A DNA stretch of 64,000 nt from an uncultured Clostridia bacterium (GTDB taxonomy: Bacteria > Bacillota > Clostridia > Christensenellales > UBA1242): assembly GCA_944345705.1 (NCBI GenBank), contig CALVML010000006.1, positions 2,202-66,201 of the forward strand. The letters are read 5' to 3'. The position numbers and the translations under genes are program-made. Every line of letters begins with the position of its first letter. Within the stretch, counting starts at the first letter, position 1. Under the pieces are notes generated by a model that had not been told where the DNA came from, searched no databases, and was given only the letters and a program-made list of their open reading frames with translations. This document shows positions 46,269 to 55,555 of the stretch, one piece after another.

Positions 46269-46838
46269 ACTATGTGATGTTAAAATTTTATGATCATAAA
46301 ATTTTAATAAATTCTGGCGAATTTGTATGCTAACGCATACTTATCACATAGTATGTATAACCATCAGCCTCACCCTTGCAAGCAAGTTCGGCTTCCGATA
46401 ATATAAACAATGTGATGTTAAAATTTTACTATCATAAAATTTAATAAATTCTGGCGAATTTGTGTGCTAATGCACACTCATCACATAGTATGTATAACCA
46501 TCAGTCTCACTCAAATGCGATTTTATCGCGCTTGGTTCGGCTTCCGATAATATAAACAATGTGATGTTAAAATTTTACTATCATAAAATTTTATAAATTC
46601 TGTCGAATTTGTGTGCTAACGCATACTCATCACATAGTATGTATAACCATCAGCCTCACCCTTGCAAGCAAGTTCGGCTTCCGATAATATAGACTATATG
46701 ATGTTAAAATTTAAGCAAGTTAAATTTTAAATTTGCTAAACGCAAAAACACAATAAATTGTGTTCATCACAGTATGTATGACCATCAGTCTCACTCAAAT
46801 GCGATTTCATCGCGCTTGGTTCGACTTCCGATAATATA
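46269..46838 (-). repeat. Inverted-orientation tandem array of the same structured repeat (4 units, 137-149 bp)
   Basis: On the + strand: units at 46269-46405, 46406-46554, 46555-46691 and 46692-46838 (divergent). They are the reverse complement of the 44.64-kb units. Preceded by a G8 tract at 46251-46258. Confidence 0.9.
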
Positions 46839-46909
46839 AAAACTGTATAAGTATATAAAAAATATGATCTTATCATTTTTTTATTATAATCTTAACTGAA
46901 AACATTTAT

Positions 46910-48553
46910 TTATAGGTTGTTTTCGTGGTCAGGGGGCAGTTGTTTTATGCTCTGTCTTTCTTTTTGACTTAAAATTTCGGCGAGCTGGCTTTCGAGTTTT
47001 TGCTGAGATTTTGCTTCTTTTTGGTCTTCATTTTTTAAAAGTGTGTGGATATGTTTGATTTCTTCATCAAGTTTTTGATGGTATGTTTGATAGAATAAAG
47101 ATACTTCTTGTTCGCTAAAATTATCCATTAAAAAGTTTTCAGTGAAGGCGTCGATCAACTTCTCAAGTATTTGCATTTGATAAGATTTTTGATAATCTGG
47201 CGACCTTTCTACTTCATCAGATGCAAGTTTGACTTTTGTGTCGATAAGATCGTTAAGAATTGCATTTTTATCGAAGGACTTTTCTATGGTTTCTATAAAG
47301 CTGTCATACTTGCATAGGGCTTTGAGATTTTCATCGATGGCAGGACCGTTTTTCTTTGATACAGCCGTGCGTCTTCTATAAAAACTAGCGTGAGTGTCAA
47401 TTTTTATGTCTTTTTTGTCGCCCTCTAGATATATGCAATATTTTCCGTTATCGAAGAGTAAAAAATCATATTTATTATTATTTGTGTTTAAAAAATATTG
47501 TCCTATTGCATGAGAGGGTGAGAATTCATCTTGAAAGGCTTGAAATTTGTTTTGTGTAATAAAATCAAGTGTGGCAGAATCTGCTGTAACAAACTGCAAT
47601 TTGTTGTTTACTATCTCCACATAACCATAGTCGCAGGTGAATATTATTTTAGAAAAAGTCTTGTTCAATAAGTTATGAGTTTGAAAAAGAATTTTATCTT
47701 CCAGTTGCGCTAATTGTATTTGGACATTTTGATCAAAAAACTGTGTTCTTTTATGGGTTTCAATGTCTTTCGCTCTCTTTTCTTTATCTTTTTGTTTTGC
47801 TTCTTGCAAAAATTTATCAACATATTTGCTGTATAAATCTTCGAGCAACTCATTTTCTTCCTGCAGTTGACTTTCGCTTAAAGTGTTTCGAAGTTTTTGA
47901 TAGTAGGCTTGAAAGGCCTCTTTTTGTGCATACTGCGATCTTGTAGGATATGGAGTAGTTGTGAATTCTGCTAAAGACAAAGCAAATTTTTGTCTTATAT
48001 ATTTAGTTATAGTATCTTTATTATATCCTGTATGTTCCTTTAAGCACTGCAGGGTGTACTTTTTCGATTGTAGATAGCTTTTTGCCTTATTATAGATATT
48101 CTCGTATTGATCTTTTGAAACTTGCCCAGTAGAATTTTTGTCTATATAATTAACTTGGCTTGCGTTTAGGTTTTGTAGAAATAACCAGCCTGTTCTATCT
48201 ATGCAGATCGACAAATTTCGTTCTTTATTTTTAAATAATTCAAGATAAAAATCGTTGTCGACGCTTCTTATAAAAAGCTTGCCTGTCTTTTTAAAACTAT
48301 CTAAATCGTCATCAATGACATATCGATTAAAGCAATCAAGATAAGCTTGGCTTGTTCTTTCATAAAATGAGATATTATCCAAAGAAAAAGGTGTTGTTTC
48401 AAGCATAATCACTCCATGCTCGCTATAGTCAAGTAAAATAGAGTTTGAAAAAGGTTGATATATTCCGTATGGATAGTAAACTTTGTCTTGTTTATAACAA
48501 AGTTTGCCTTTTAATAATTCCGCCAGCTTTTTTTCAGTTTTGCTTTGTGCCAT
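46910..48553 (-). CDS. Hypothetical 547-aa protein, paralog B of a tandem pair
   Basis: Shares colinear blocks with the upstream gene (YYQKLRNTLSESQLQEENELLEDLY vs FYEKLRATLSQEELDRENNLLEKSY; FTCDYGYVEIVNN vs YTCNYGYAYINN; LLFDNGKYCIYLEGD vs LLYSNDEYCIYIADR). No known catalytic motif recognised. Confidence 0.7.
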   Translation of the reverse strand: MAQSKTEKKLAELLKGKLCYKQDKVYYPYGIYQPFSNSILLDYSEHGVIMLETTPFSLDNISFYERTSQAYLDCFNRYVIDDDLDSFKKTGKLFIRSVDNDFYLELFKNKERNLSICIDRTGWLFLQNLNASQVNYIDKNSTGQVSKDQYENIYNKAKSYLQSKKYTLQCLKEHTGYNKDTITKYIRQKFALSLAEFTTTPYPTRSQYAQKEAFQAYYQKLRNTLSESQLQEENELLEDLYSKYVDKFLQEAKQKDKEKRAKDIETHKRTQFFDQNVQIQLAQLEDKILFQTHNLLNKTFSKIIFTCDYGYVEIVNNKLQFVTADSATLDFITQNKFQAFQDEFSPSHAIGQYFLNTNNNKYDFLLFDNGKYCIYLEGDKKDIKIDTHASFYRRRTAVSKKNGPAIDENLKALCKYDSFIETIEKSFDKNAILNDLIDTKVKLASDEVERSPDYQKSYQMQILEKLIDAFTENFLMDNFSEQEVSLFYQTYHQKLDEEIKHIHTLLKNEDQKEAKSQQKLESQLAEILSQKERQSIKQLPPDHENNL

Positions 48554-48562
48554 ATTTCTCCT

Positions 48563-50170
48563 TTAAAGTTCATTTTTATGATATATTTCTTGCTCAAAGT
48601 TTTTATTATAAATTGTCTTAGCCTTTTCTTCAAGGGCTTGTTCGTCAAATGTTTGTTTATGATTTTTATTTTGAGAGTAGGTTTTGATAGATTTTTCAAT
48701 TTCTTGATTTAATTCTTTATAAAAATTTTCTATCTCATCATTTTGGCAGTATTGTGTTAAATATTCAGAGATAAAAGATTGGGTTAATAGTTTATATTGT
48801 TGTTTGTCATAGTCATTTAAGTTGTCGATATCAATTATAAAACCGAGTTCGCGCATTTTGTCTTTAATAAGTTGCTCTTTCAATTTTTCAATAATTGAAG
48901 CGGTATTATATTTCTTTTTTAAGTTTTCTTTAAGTGTATATATAAAATAGTTAAAACTTGTAAGTTGTTGTAATGTTTGGTCATCAAGTTGTGTGTCGTT
49001 CACTGCGCCATCGTTTTTAAGATATGAATCAAAAAAATGTTTTTTTGTAGAACAACAGATACTTAAAAAAGGATTTTCATTCTTTCTATCAGCGATATAT
49101 ATGCAATACTCATCATTGCTATATAGCAGTATAGTGCAGTTGTCAGAATAACACGACTTGTATCTTTCACCTACGGCATCAAGTTGCGAAAATTCACTCT
49201 CTATTGAATGCCATTTTTTTATTTCTTTATCATCAAGATTAGATTTACTTGATGTTTCAAGACAGAGCCCTAAGTTATTTATATATGCATAGCCATAATT
49301 ACAAGTATACAATGGATATACAATGTCATTAAAAATATCGTTTTCTCTTATGCAGGGTTTTTCGTCAAAATCTTGATAGGTATCCATTTGGCTTAAATAT
49401 TCAAGTTGATTTTTTCTTGATTCTTGTAATCTTTCTTTTAAATTTTCAATTGTATCTGTTTGTTCCTTTTGTTTTAAAGTAATTTCTGCTTTATATGACT
49501 TTTCTAATAAATTGTTTTCCCTATCAAGTTCTTCTTGAGAGAGAGTTGCACGCAATTTTTCATAAAAGATTTTTATTAGTTCAAATTTTTTTTCATCTTT
49601 ATAGACAGTATCAAACTTTATGTTGGCAAGCAAATTAGCGTATGCTTCTCGCGTAGAGACTAAAAGATTTTCTTTTGTATAGCCAATAAATTTCTTTATT
49701 TCATCTAAAGCTGAAACTTGAGACTTTAAACAGTTTTGAAACATATCAACAGCATCTTTTGTTCTTAAAGAATTTGTTAAAAACTCTTGTTTTTCTTCTT
49801 TTGTAGCATCTTTAATTTCAAACTCTTGTCGATTTACAAGTTTAATATGTCCAAATTGAGATAATACAAAAGAGATTTTATTTTGATAGTTATATAATTC
49901 ATAGAAATACATTTTTGCATAATTGCCTGAGGTTATAATATTATCGCTTTTTTCAAATTCGTCAATTATGTCATCTATAACTATTCCATCAAATTGTTTA
50001 ATATAATACTCATCATCTCTCAAATATGTAAAAATAGAAAAGATCATATCTGATACTTTAATAACTCCATATTTATTTGCTTCCACGATGATTCGGTAAG
50101 ACTCGTCTGACATTATCATTTTACCCAAACTTGCATCTATTAGCTTCTGTTCATATTTTCCTATTGCCAT
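48563..50170 (-). CDS. Hypothetical 535-aa protein, paralog A of a tandem pair
   Basis: See paralog B. The gap to the downstream gene is 9 nt (operon). RBS AGAGG. Very AT-rich coding sequence. Confidence 0.7.
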   Translation of the reverse strand: MAIGKYEQKLIDASLGKMIMSDESYRIIVEANKYGVIKVSDMIFSIFTYLRDDEYYIKQFDGIVIDDIIDEFEKSDNIITSGNYAKMYFYELYNYQNKISFVLSQFGHIKLVNRQEFEIKDATKEEKQEFLTNSLRTKDAVDMFQNCLKSQVSALDEIKKFIGYTKENLLVSTREAYANLLANIKFDTVYKDEKKFELIKIFYEKLRATLSQEELDRENNLLEKSYKAEITLKQKEQTDTIENLKERLQESRKNQLEYLSQMDTYQDFDEKPCIRENDIFNDIVYPLYTCNYGYAYINNLGLCLETSSKSNLDDKEIKKWHSIESEFSQLDAVGERYKSCYSDNCTILLYSNDEYCIYIADRKNENPFLSICCSTKKHFFDSYLKNDGAVNDTQLDDQTLQQLTSFNYFIYTLKENLKKKYNTASIIEKLKEQLIKDKMRELGFIIDIDNLNDYDKQQYKLLTQSFISEYLTQYCQNDEIENFYKELNQEIEKSIKTYSQNKNHKQTFDEQALEEKAKTIYNKNFEQEIYHKNEL

Positions 50171-50348
50171 TATAAACCTCTATACAAATAGTACCATAAT
50201 TTTTAAAAAAGTCAATAAAGAATAAATATAATTATTTCTTAATAAAATTATATTTTAAATTTCTATAAAATATTTTTTAGTAATAAGAAGTACAATTTCT
50301 ATTTGCAATTTTTGATAAAATATGCTATTGTTAAAGTTAGGAGATAAA

Positions 50349-51662
50349 ATGTACAAGCCAATTGTTGCCGTTGTTGGCAGACCAAATGTCGGCAAAAGCA
50401 CTTTCTTTAATAGGGTGTGCGGCAGGAGAATAAGTATAGTTGATGACACGCCGGGCGTTACGCGCGACAGGCTTTATGCTGAAGCAAATTGGCAGGGTTA
50501 CACCTTTTCACTTGTGGATACTGGCGGTATTGATAGGACAAGCAGTGATGAGTTTCAAAATGACATAAAACAGCAGGCAATCCTTGCAATTCAAGAGGCA
50601 GATGTCATTGTGTTTATGGTTGACGGCAAGAGCGGTCTTACAACAAACGACTTTGAAGTTTCACGCATTTTGCATAAGTCAAATAGGCCTATTGTGCTTG
50701 TCGTAAACAAACTCGATAATTTTGAAATAGAAAACACCTATGAGTTTTATAATCTTGGCCTTGGTGATCCTTATCCACTTTCACTTGCGCAAGGAAAGGG
50801 GCTAGGCGATATCTTGGACGAAATTGTAAAACACTTTAAGGATATTGATTTAGAAAAGGAAGATATAAATGCCATAAAAGTTGCAATCGTTGGCAGACCA
50901 AATGTCGGCAAAAGTTCTCTCATCAACAGGCTGGTCAATAAAGAGCGAGTTGTAGTCAGCGATATTGAAGGCACAACGCGTGACAGCGTATATGTTCCAT
51001 TTAGATATGATAGACAAGATTTTGCTCTCATTGATACGGCAGGACTTCGCAAACAAAAGGTTGTGGATAATGGCACTATTGAGTCCTACAGCGTGCTTCG
51101 CACTATGAGCGCAATAGACGATTGCGATATTGCACTTATTGTGGTAGATGGGGGAAAGGATAAGATAACAGAACAAGATGTCAAGGTGGCGGGATATGTC
51201 CATGAAAGTGGAAAACCTTCAGTTATAGTTGTAAACAAGTGGGACATTAAGAGTAGAGATAAAAACTCCTATTTAAAGATGCTCCAAAGTGAACTATCCT
51301 TTATGAGTTACTTTAATGTGGTCTATGTTTCAGCATTGACAGGAGAAGGACTTGGACAGATCATGAAGCAGGCTCTAATAAGTTTCCAAAACGCATCAAA
51401 ACGCATACAAACAAGCGTGCTTAATGATTTTCTTCATGAAGCAATCTTGTATTTTGAGCCTCAAGCTCGAAGCGGAAATAGGGCAAAGATAAAATACATT
51501 ACTCAAACTTCCACCAATCCGCCAACTTTCGTAATCTTTGTCAATGACGCAAAACTAATAAATTTTTCTTATAAGCGATATTTAGAAAATAAACTAAGAG
51601 AGAGTGTGGACTTTTCTGGTACACCGATTAAGCTTGTTTTCAAGGGAAAAGGAGATGAATAA
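50349..51662 (+). CDS. der: Ribosome-associated GTPase Der (EngA)
   Basis: Two tandem G-domains (GRPNVGKSTFFNR and GRPNVGKSSLINR) plus a KH-like C-terminus. ATG 50349 follows AGGAGA. Confidence 0.95.
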   Translation: MYKPIVAVVGRPNVGKSTFFNRVCGRRISIVDDTPGVTRDRLYAEANWQGYTFSLVDTGGIDRTSSDEFQNDIKQQAILAIQEADVIVFMVDGKSGLTTNDFEVSRILHKSNRPIVLVVNKLDNFEIENTYEFYNLGLGDPYPLSLAQGKGLGDILDEIVKHFKDIDLEKEDINAIKVAIVGRPNVGKSSLINRLVNKERVVVSDIEGTTRDSVYVPFRYDRQDFALIDTAGLRKQKVVDNGTIESYSVLRTMSAIDDCDIALIVVDGGKDKITEQDVKVAGYVHESGKPSVIVVNKWDIKSRDKNSYLKMLQSELSFMSYFNVVYVSALTGEGLGQIMKQALISFQNASKRIQTSVLNDFLHEAILYFEPQARSGNRAKIKYITQTSTNPPTFVIFVNDAKLINFSYKRYLENKLRESVDFSGTPIKLVFKGKGDE

Positions 51663-51677
51663 AAAGTGATTGATATA

Positions 51678-52766
51678 ATGTATTTCATACTTGTTGCCTT
51701 TATATCATATTTTCTTGGCACTATAAATTTTTCCAAGATTCTCTCTTGGTATGTAAAACATAAGGATATAACAAAGATGGGCAGTGGCAATCCAGGGACA
51801 ATGAATATGCTTCGTTCCTATGGTTTTGGCATTGCTTTCGCAACATTTTTAGCAGAAGTTATCAAATCAGGACTTACCTGCCTTGTTTTTAAATTGATTT
51901 TTCCACAATACGATCAAGTCATATATTTCGTGTGTGCGATATTCTTGCTACTCGGCAACAATTTTCCTGTATGGTCTAAGTTTAAGGGTGGCAAAGGCGT
52001 TGCAACCTTTGCAGGTGTCTTTTTATTTTCAAATCTTTGGTATGTGGCACTTGCATGGTTTGTCATTTGCTTCATACTCTTTATGTTTATCGAATATGCA
52101 AGCGTAATTTCTTTCACGTATATTGGCGGACTTTCTATCGCTTATACAATATATGCTTTTGTAAGCCAAATCTATTATGCATGGCTTGTAGTTGCAATCA
52201 TTTGGGTTATGTATTTGATTATGCTTGCAAGACATCATGCAAACATTAAAAGGCTGTTTACTCACACTGAAAATAAAATTGATTTCAAAGCAAAACTTGC
52301 AAAAGTCTTCAAGCATAAAAAAGGCGAAATAATTATTGATGAAGAATTTGTTGAGCATGCACCTGAAGCAGAGATAATTGTGACGCAACTCGAGAAAAAA
52401 GAAGAAAAACAAGAAGAGCAAGTGGATGAAATCGTAGAGAGTAGAGATGCGGAAAGTATAGATCTCGTTGAAGATGAAAGTGCAAATGATGATATCATAA
52501 TTGATGATGATCAAGGTACTATTTTACAAGAAAACAGCGTTGAAAATACTGAGCTAGAGAAGATGTTAAAAACTAAGCAAGAAGAAATAAATTCACAACC
52601 TATATCGTCAAATGAAAGCGGAATATCTAATTCGTTTGACAGTGACATATTAAGAGACAATGACGACCAAATCAATAGTCAAGATGAAATAAACAAAGAT
52701 GTTGCCGACGATGGCACACATATAGATCAATCACACAATACTAATGTTGACAGTGATAGTAAATAG
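51678..52766 (+). CDS. plsY: Glycerol-3-phosphate acyltransferase PlsY with an approximately 160-aa acidic C-terminal extension
   Basis: GSGNPGTMNMLR and KGGKGVAT motifs in the N-terminal ~200 aa. The C-terminal half is Glu/Asp/Ser/Asn-rich and low-complexity. An alternative GTG start lies at 51666. Confidence 0.85.
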   Translation: MYFILVAFISYFLGTINFSKILSWYVKHKDITKMGSGNPGTMNMLRSYGFGIAFATFLAEVIKSGLTCLVFKLIFPQYDQVIYFVCAIFLLLGNNFPVWSKFKGGKGVATFAGVFLFSNLWYVALAWFVICFILFMFIEYASVISFTYIGGLSIAYTIYAFVSQIYYAWLVVAIIWVMYLIMLARHHANIKRLFTHTENKIDFKAKLAKVFKHKKGEIIIDEEFVEHAPEAEIIVTQLEKKEEKQEEQVDEIVESRDAESIDLVEDESANDDIIIDDDQGTILQENSVENTELEKMLKTKQEEINSQPISSNESGISNSFDSDILRDNDDQINSQDEINKDVADDGTHIDQSHNTNVDSDSK

Positions 52767-52833
52767 CGATATTTTTGCAATAACCGCTTATGCTAAGGTC
52801 TGAAGATGTTGAATAGTTATAATTGATTAGTTC

Positions 52834-52864
52834 AAAACACATTCATGAAGTTGAATGTGTTTTT
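52834..52864 (+). terminator. Rho-independent terminator after plsY
   Basis: AAAACACATTCA-TGAAGT-TGAATGTGTTTT. Confidence 0.65.
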
Positions 52865-52980
52865 CGTTTAGGCAAATTCAAATGGTGATTTTAAAGAAGA
52901 ATTCTAAGTTGGTTTTCATTTGCATGAAGACTTTTCTTTATTAAAAAAGGCTAATACAAAGCTTTCAAAATATATATTTG

Positions 52981-53009
52981 GAATATCGAAAGGTTTGCCA
53001 GCATAAATT
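52981..53009 (+). promoter_or_regulatory. Candidate sigma-E-type promoter of spoIVA
   Basis: GAATATC (-35, consensus kmATATT), 14-nt spacer, CATAAATT (-10, consensus CATACAmT). spoIVA is sigma-E dependent in B. subtilis. Confidence 0.4.
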
Positions 53010-53034
53010 ATCTTGTCGCATAGGAGGCATAATT

Positions 53035-54510
53035 ATGGAAAAATTCCAAATTTATGATGATATTAAAACTCGTACTAATGGAGACATATATATCGGGGTT
53101 GTTGGTCCTGTCAGGGTTGGCAAATCAACATTTATTACGCAGTTTATGAAGAAATTAGTACTTCCTAATATCACTGAAAAGAATTCAAAAGAAAGAACTA
53201 TTGACGAACTTCCGCAAAGTGCCGATGGCAAGACTATCATGACAACTCAGCCACGCTTTGTGCCGAATGAAGCTGTTTCAATCCAAGTTTCTGGCGCAGA
53301 TATGCGTGTAAGAATGATTGACTGTGTTGGTTACCTTGTCAACGGTGTCATGGGACATATTGAAGATGACAAACCTAGGCTTGTCAAAACACCTTGGTCA
53401 GAAGAAGAACTTCCTTTTGAGCAGGCGGCAGAACTAGGCACAAACAAGGTCATCAATGAACATTCTACAATAGGCATCGTGCTTACAACTGATGGTTCAG
53501 TGACAGAAATTCCACGTTCAAACTATATAGAAGCAGAGGAGCGTGTAGTGCAGGAGATGAAATCATGCGGAAAACCATTTGTAATGGTGTTAAACTGCAA
53601 GTCGCCTTCGTCAAGTGAAGCCAAAAAACTGTCAAATTCACTTGCTGAGAAATATGGAGTGCCTGTAATTGCCTTGAACGCACTTGAGCTTAAAGATGAA
53701 GATGTTGATAAAATATTTGAGAAAATCTTGATGGAATTCCCTGTTTCATCAATTCAAATAAGAATGCCAAACTGGCTTTGCGCACTTGACTATAACAATG
53801 AAATAATCAGCGAAATTGCAACTGAAATGAGAAGAATTGGTGCAAATATGATCAAACTTAGTGACGCCGATAAAAATCATATTGCCTTTGAAGAAAGCGA
53901 AAATTTTGACCCTATTACCATCTCAGCTGTCAATGCAGGCAACGGTGTTGTCGAATTTGATGTCATTCCAAAGGCAGACCTATTCTATAAAGTACTTTCA
54001 AGTCAGTGCGGATACAATATCAAAGATGACTTTGCACTTATCAGCTATATCAAACAACTAGGCAAAGCCAAAGTTGAATATGACAAGGTTAAGGATGCAC
54101 TTGAGCAAGTTAAGCAGACAGGATATGGTATTGTTGAACCAAAACGTGATGACTTAGAACTTGGCGAACCTGAAATAATTAGACAGGGTGGAAGATATGG
54201 CGTTAAGATTAAGGCAACAGCTCCAAGTTTGCATATTATGAGAGTTGATGTTGAAACAGAAGTTACACCACTTGTTGGCACTGAAGACCAAAGCCAAGAC
54301 CTTGCTAAAAATATTGTAGAGCAGTTTGAACAAGATCCTGTTGCGCTTTGGGATACAAATATTCTAGGTAAGAGCCTATACTCGCTTGTTGGCGACAATA
54401 TAAATTCTAAGATAGTGACTATGCCAGTTGAGGCTCAACGCAAGATGAGAAAGACTCTCTCCAGAATTGTCAATGAAGGTAAGGGCGGAGTACTTTGCAT
54501 ACTGCTATAA
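53035..54510 (+). CDS. spoIVA: Stage IV sporulation protein A (SpoIVA, coat basement-layer ATPase)
   Basis: MEKFQIYDDIKTRTNGDIYIGVVGPVRVGKSTFI (Walker A) and full-length similarity to the SpoIVA pattern. ATG 53035 follows AGGAGG. Confidence 0.93.
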   Translation: MEKFQIYDDIKTRTNGDIYIGVVGPVRVGKSTFITQFMKKLVLPNITEKNSKERTIDELPQSADGKTIMTTQPRFVPNEAVSIQVSGADMRVRMIDCVGYLVNGVMGHIEDDKPRLVKTPWSEEELPFEQAAELGTNKVINEHSTIGIVLTTDGSVTEIPRSNYIEAEERVVQEMKSCGKPFVMVLNCKSPSSSEAKKLSNSLAEKYGVPVIALNALELKDEDVDKIFEKILMEFPVSSIQIRMPNWLCALDYNNEIISEIATEMRRIGANMIKLSDADKNHIAFEESENFDPITISAVNAGNGVVEFDVIPKADLFYKVLSSQCGYNIKDDFALISYIKQLGKAKVEYDKVKDALEQVKQTGYGIVEPKRDDLELGEPEIIRQGGRYGVKIKATAPSLHIMRVDVETEVTPLVGTEDQSQDLAKNIVEQFEQDPVALWDTNILGKSLYSLVGDNINSKIVTMPVEAQRKMRKTLSRIVNEGKGGVLCILL

Positions 54511-54619
54511 AAAATTGAAAGTGTATAAAAATTTATAAAATTTAACAAAAATGCTAAAAATTTTCAAAAAAATACAAAAATTCAGTCGATTTTGATAAAT
54601 TTTTAATAAATTTAATAAA

Positions 54620-54655
54620 AAAGCGAACTTTTTATGAAAAGTCCGCTTTTTATTT
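54620..54655. terminator. Bidirectional hairpin terminator between spoIVA and the DUF4116 gene
   Basis: AGCGAACTTTT-TATG-AAAAGTCCGCT (one mismatch), flanked by A and T runs. Confidence 0.55.
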
Positions 54656-54667
54656 TTGACCTCAATA

Positions 54668-55555
54668 CTATTCTTTTTCTCTTTCCAATTTTGCAACTTT
54701 TTCTTGATACAGGGCTTGAAATTCAGGTTCGTTTCTTACGTTTTTGTCAACAAAACGCAAAGCTTTCTTTGGGTCCTGTGCCTTGTTAAAAACCATTACT
54801 ATAAAATCGTAATCAAGCTTATCCTCATAAGGAGTAAATTCAAAAAGATTATCTCCGCCTCTTTCATAAGCAAAGTCAAAAAAATCTGGATCATATCGCA
54901 AATCATCTGATGCAAATTGAAATACCCTAAAGTCCTTATCAATTGCAGCCTTCATTATTTCCTCGTCATTGCTATAATATCTGCCAAGTTGAGCAGATAT
55001 TGTTTCGTTCCAAAACTCAGGATTACGATGAGAAAAATCAGGACTTTCTTCAACAAGTTGCATATAATTTGGATCTTTTAATATCTTCAATAAATCTTCT
55101 CTATCTACTTGTGGTTCTGTCCAGGCATTCAGCATGGCATCTCTGTATGAATGTCTACTGCAAATACCACAACCACGTTTAGCATTTATAAATTTAGAAA
55201 AATCTGGATCTTTTTGTAATTCATCTGATGCATATTGAAGCATTGTAGGGTCTTTCTTAACTGCAACCAGCATGATATTCTTGTTATTTTTTATATTATC
55301 TGATGCATATTTAACTATTGTAGGGTCTTTACAGGCTGCAGCCTGCATTACTTCCTTGTCATCGTTATAATATTTGAAAAGTTGAACAGATATTCTTTCA
55401 TTCCAAAACTCAGCATTCCTATGTGAAAGATCAGGACTTTCTTCAACGAGTTGCGTATAATTTGGATTTTGTAATATTTGTAATAATCTTTCTCTTTCCA
55501 TTTTTGGTTGTGTTAATGCCGTCATCATAGCATTTCTATATGTCAGTTTGCTCAT
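54668..55555 (-). CDS. DUF4116 repeat protein with internal duplication
   Basis: Repeats of the type ...KDPTIVKYASDNIKNNKNIMLVAVKKDPTMLQYASDELQKDPDF... The two halves of the protein are clearly homologous. Confidence 0.65.
   Translation of the reverse strand: MSKLTYRNAMMTALTQPKMERERLLQILQNPNYTQLVEESPDLSHRNAEFWNERISVQLFKYYNDDKEVMQAAACKDPTIVKYASDNIKNNKNIMLVAVKKDPTMLQYASDELQKDPDFSKFINAKRGCGICSRHSYRDAMLNAWTEPQVDREDLLKILKDPNYMQLVEESPDFSHRNPEFWNETISAQLGRYYSNDEEIMKAAIDKDFRVFQFASDDLRYDPDFFDFAYERGGDNLFEFTPYEDKLDYDFIVMVFNKAQDPKKALRFVDKNVRNEPEFQALYQEKVAKLEREKE

Noticed and set aside
46520-46550. tRNA-like T-loop sequence (CTTGGTTCGGCTTCC / GGTTCGACTTCC) in the repeat units.
   Set aside because: No acceptor, D or anticodon arms can be drawn around it. 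It is part of the repeat's own hairpin context.
44640-46838. Possible CRISPR arrays, given the regularly spaced repeats.
   Set aside because: The whole 137-bp unit repeats. There are no unique spacers between short repeats, the unit length is far outside CRISPR dimensions, and no cas genes are present.
52029-52514. 161-aa minus-strand ORF, and other antisense ORFs inside plsY.
   Set aside because: It lies fully within the plsY coding region and tail, has an AT-rich, Ile/Phe/Asn-biased composition typical of antisense frames, and has no RBS.
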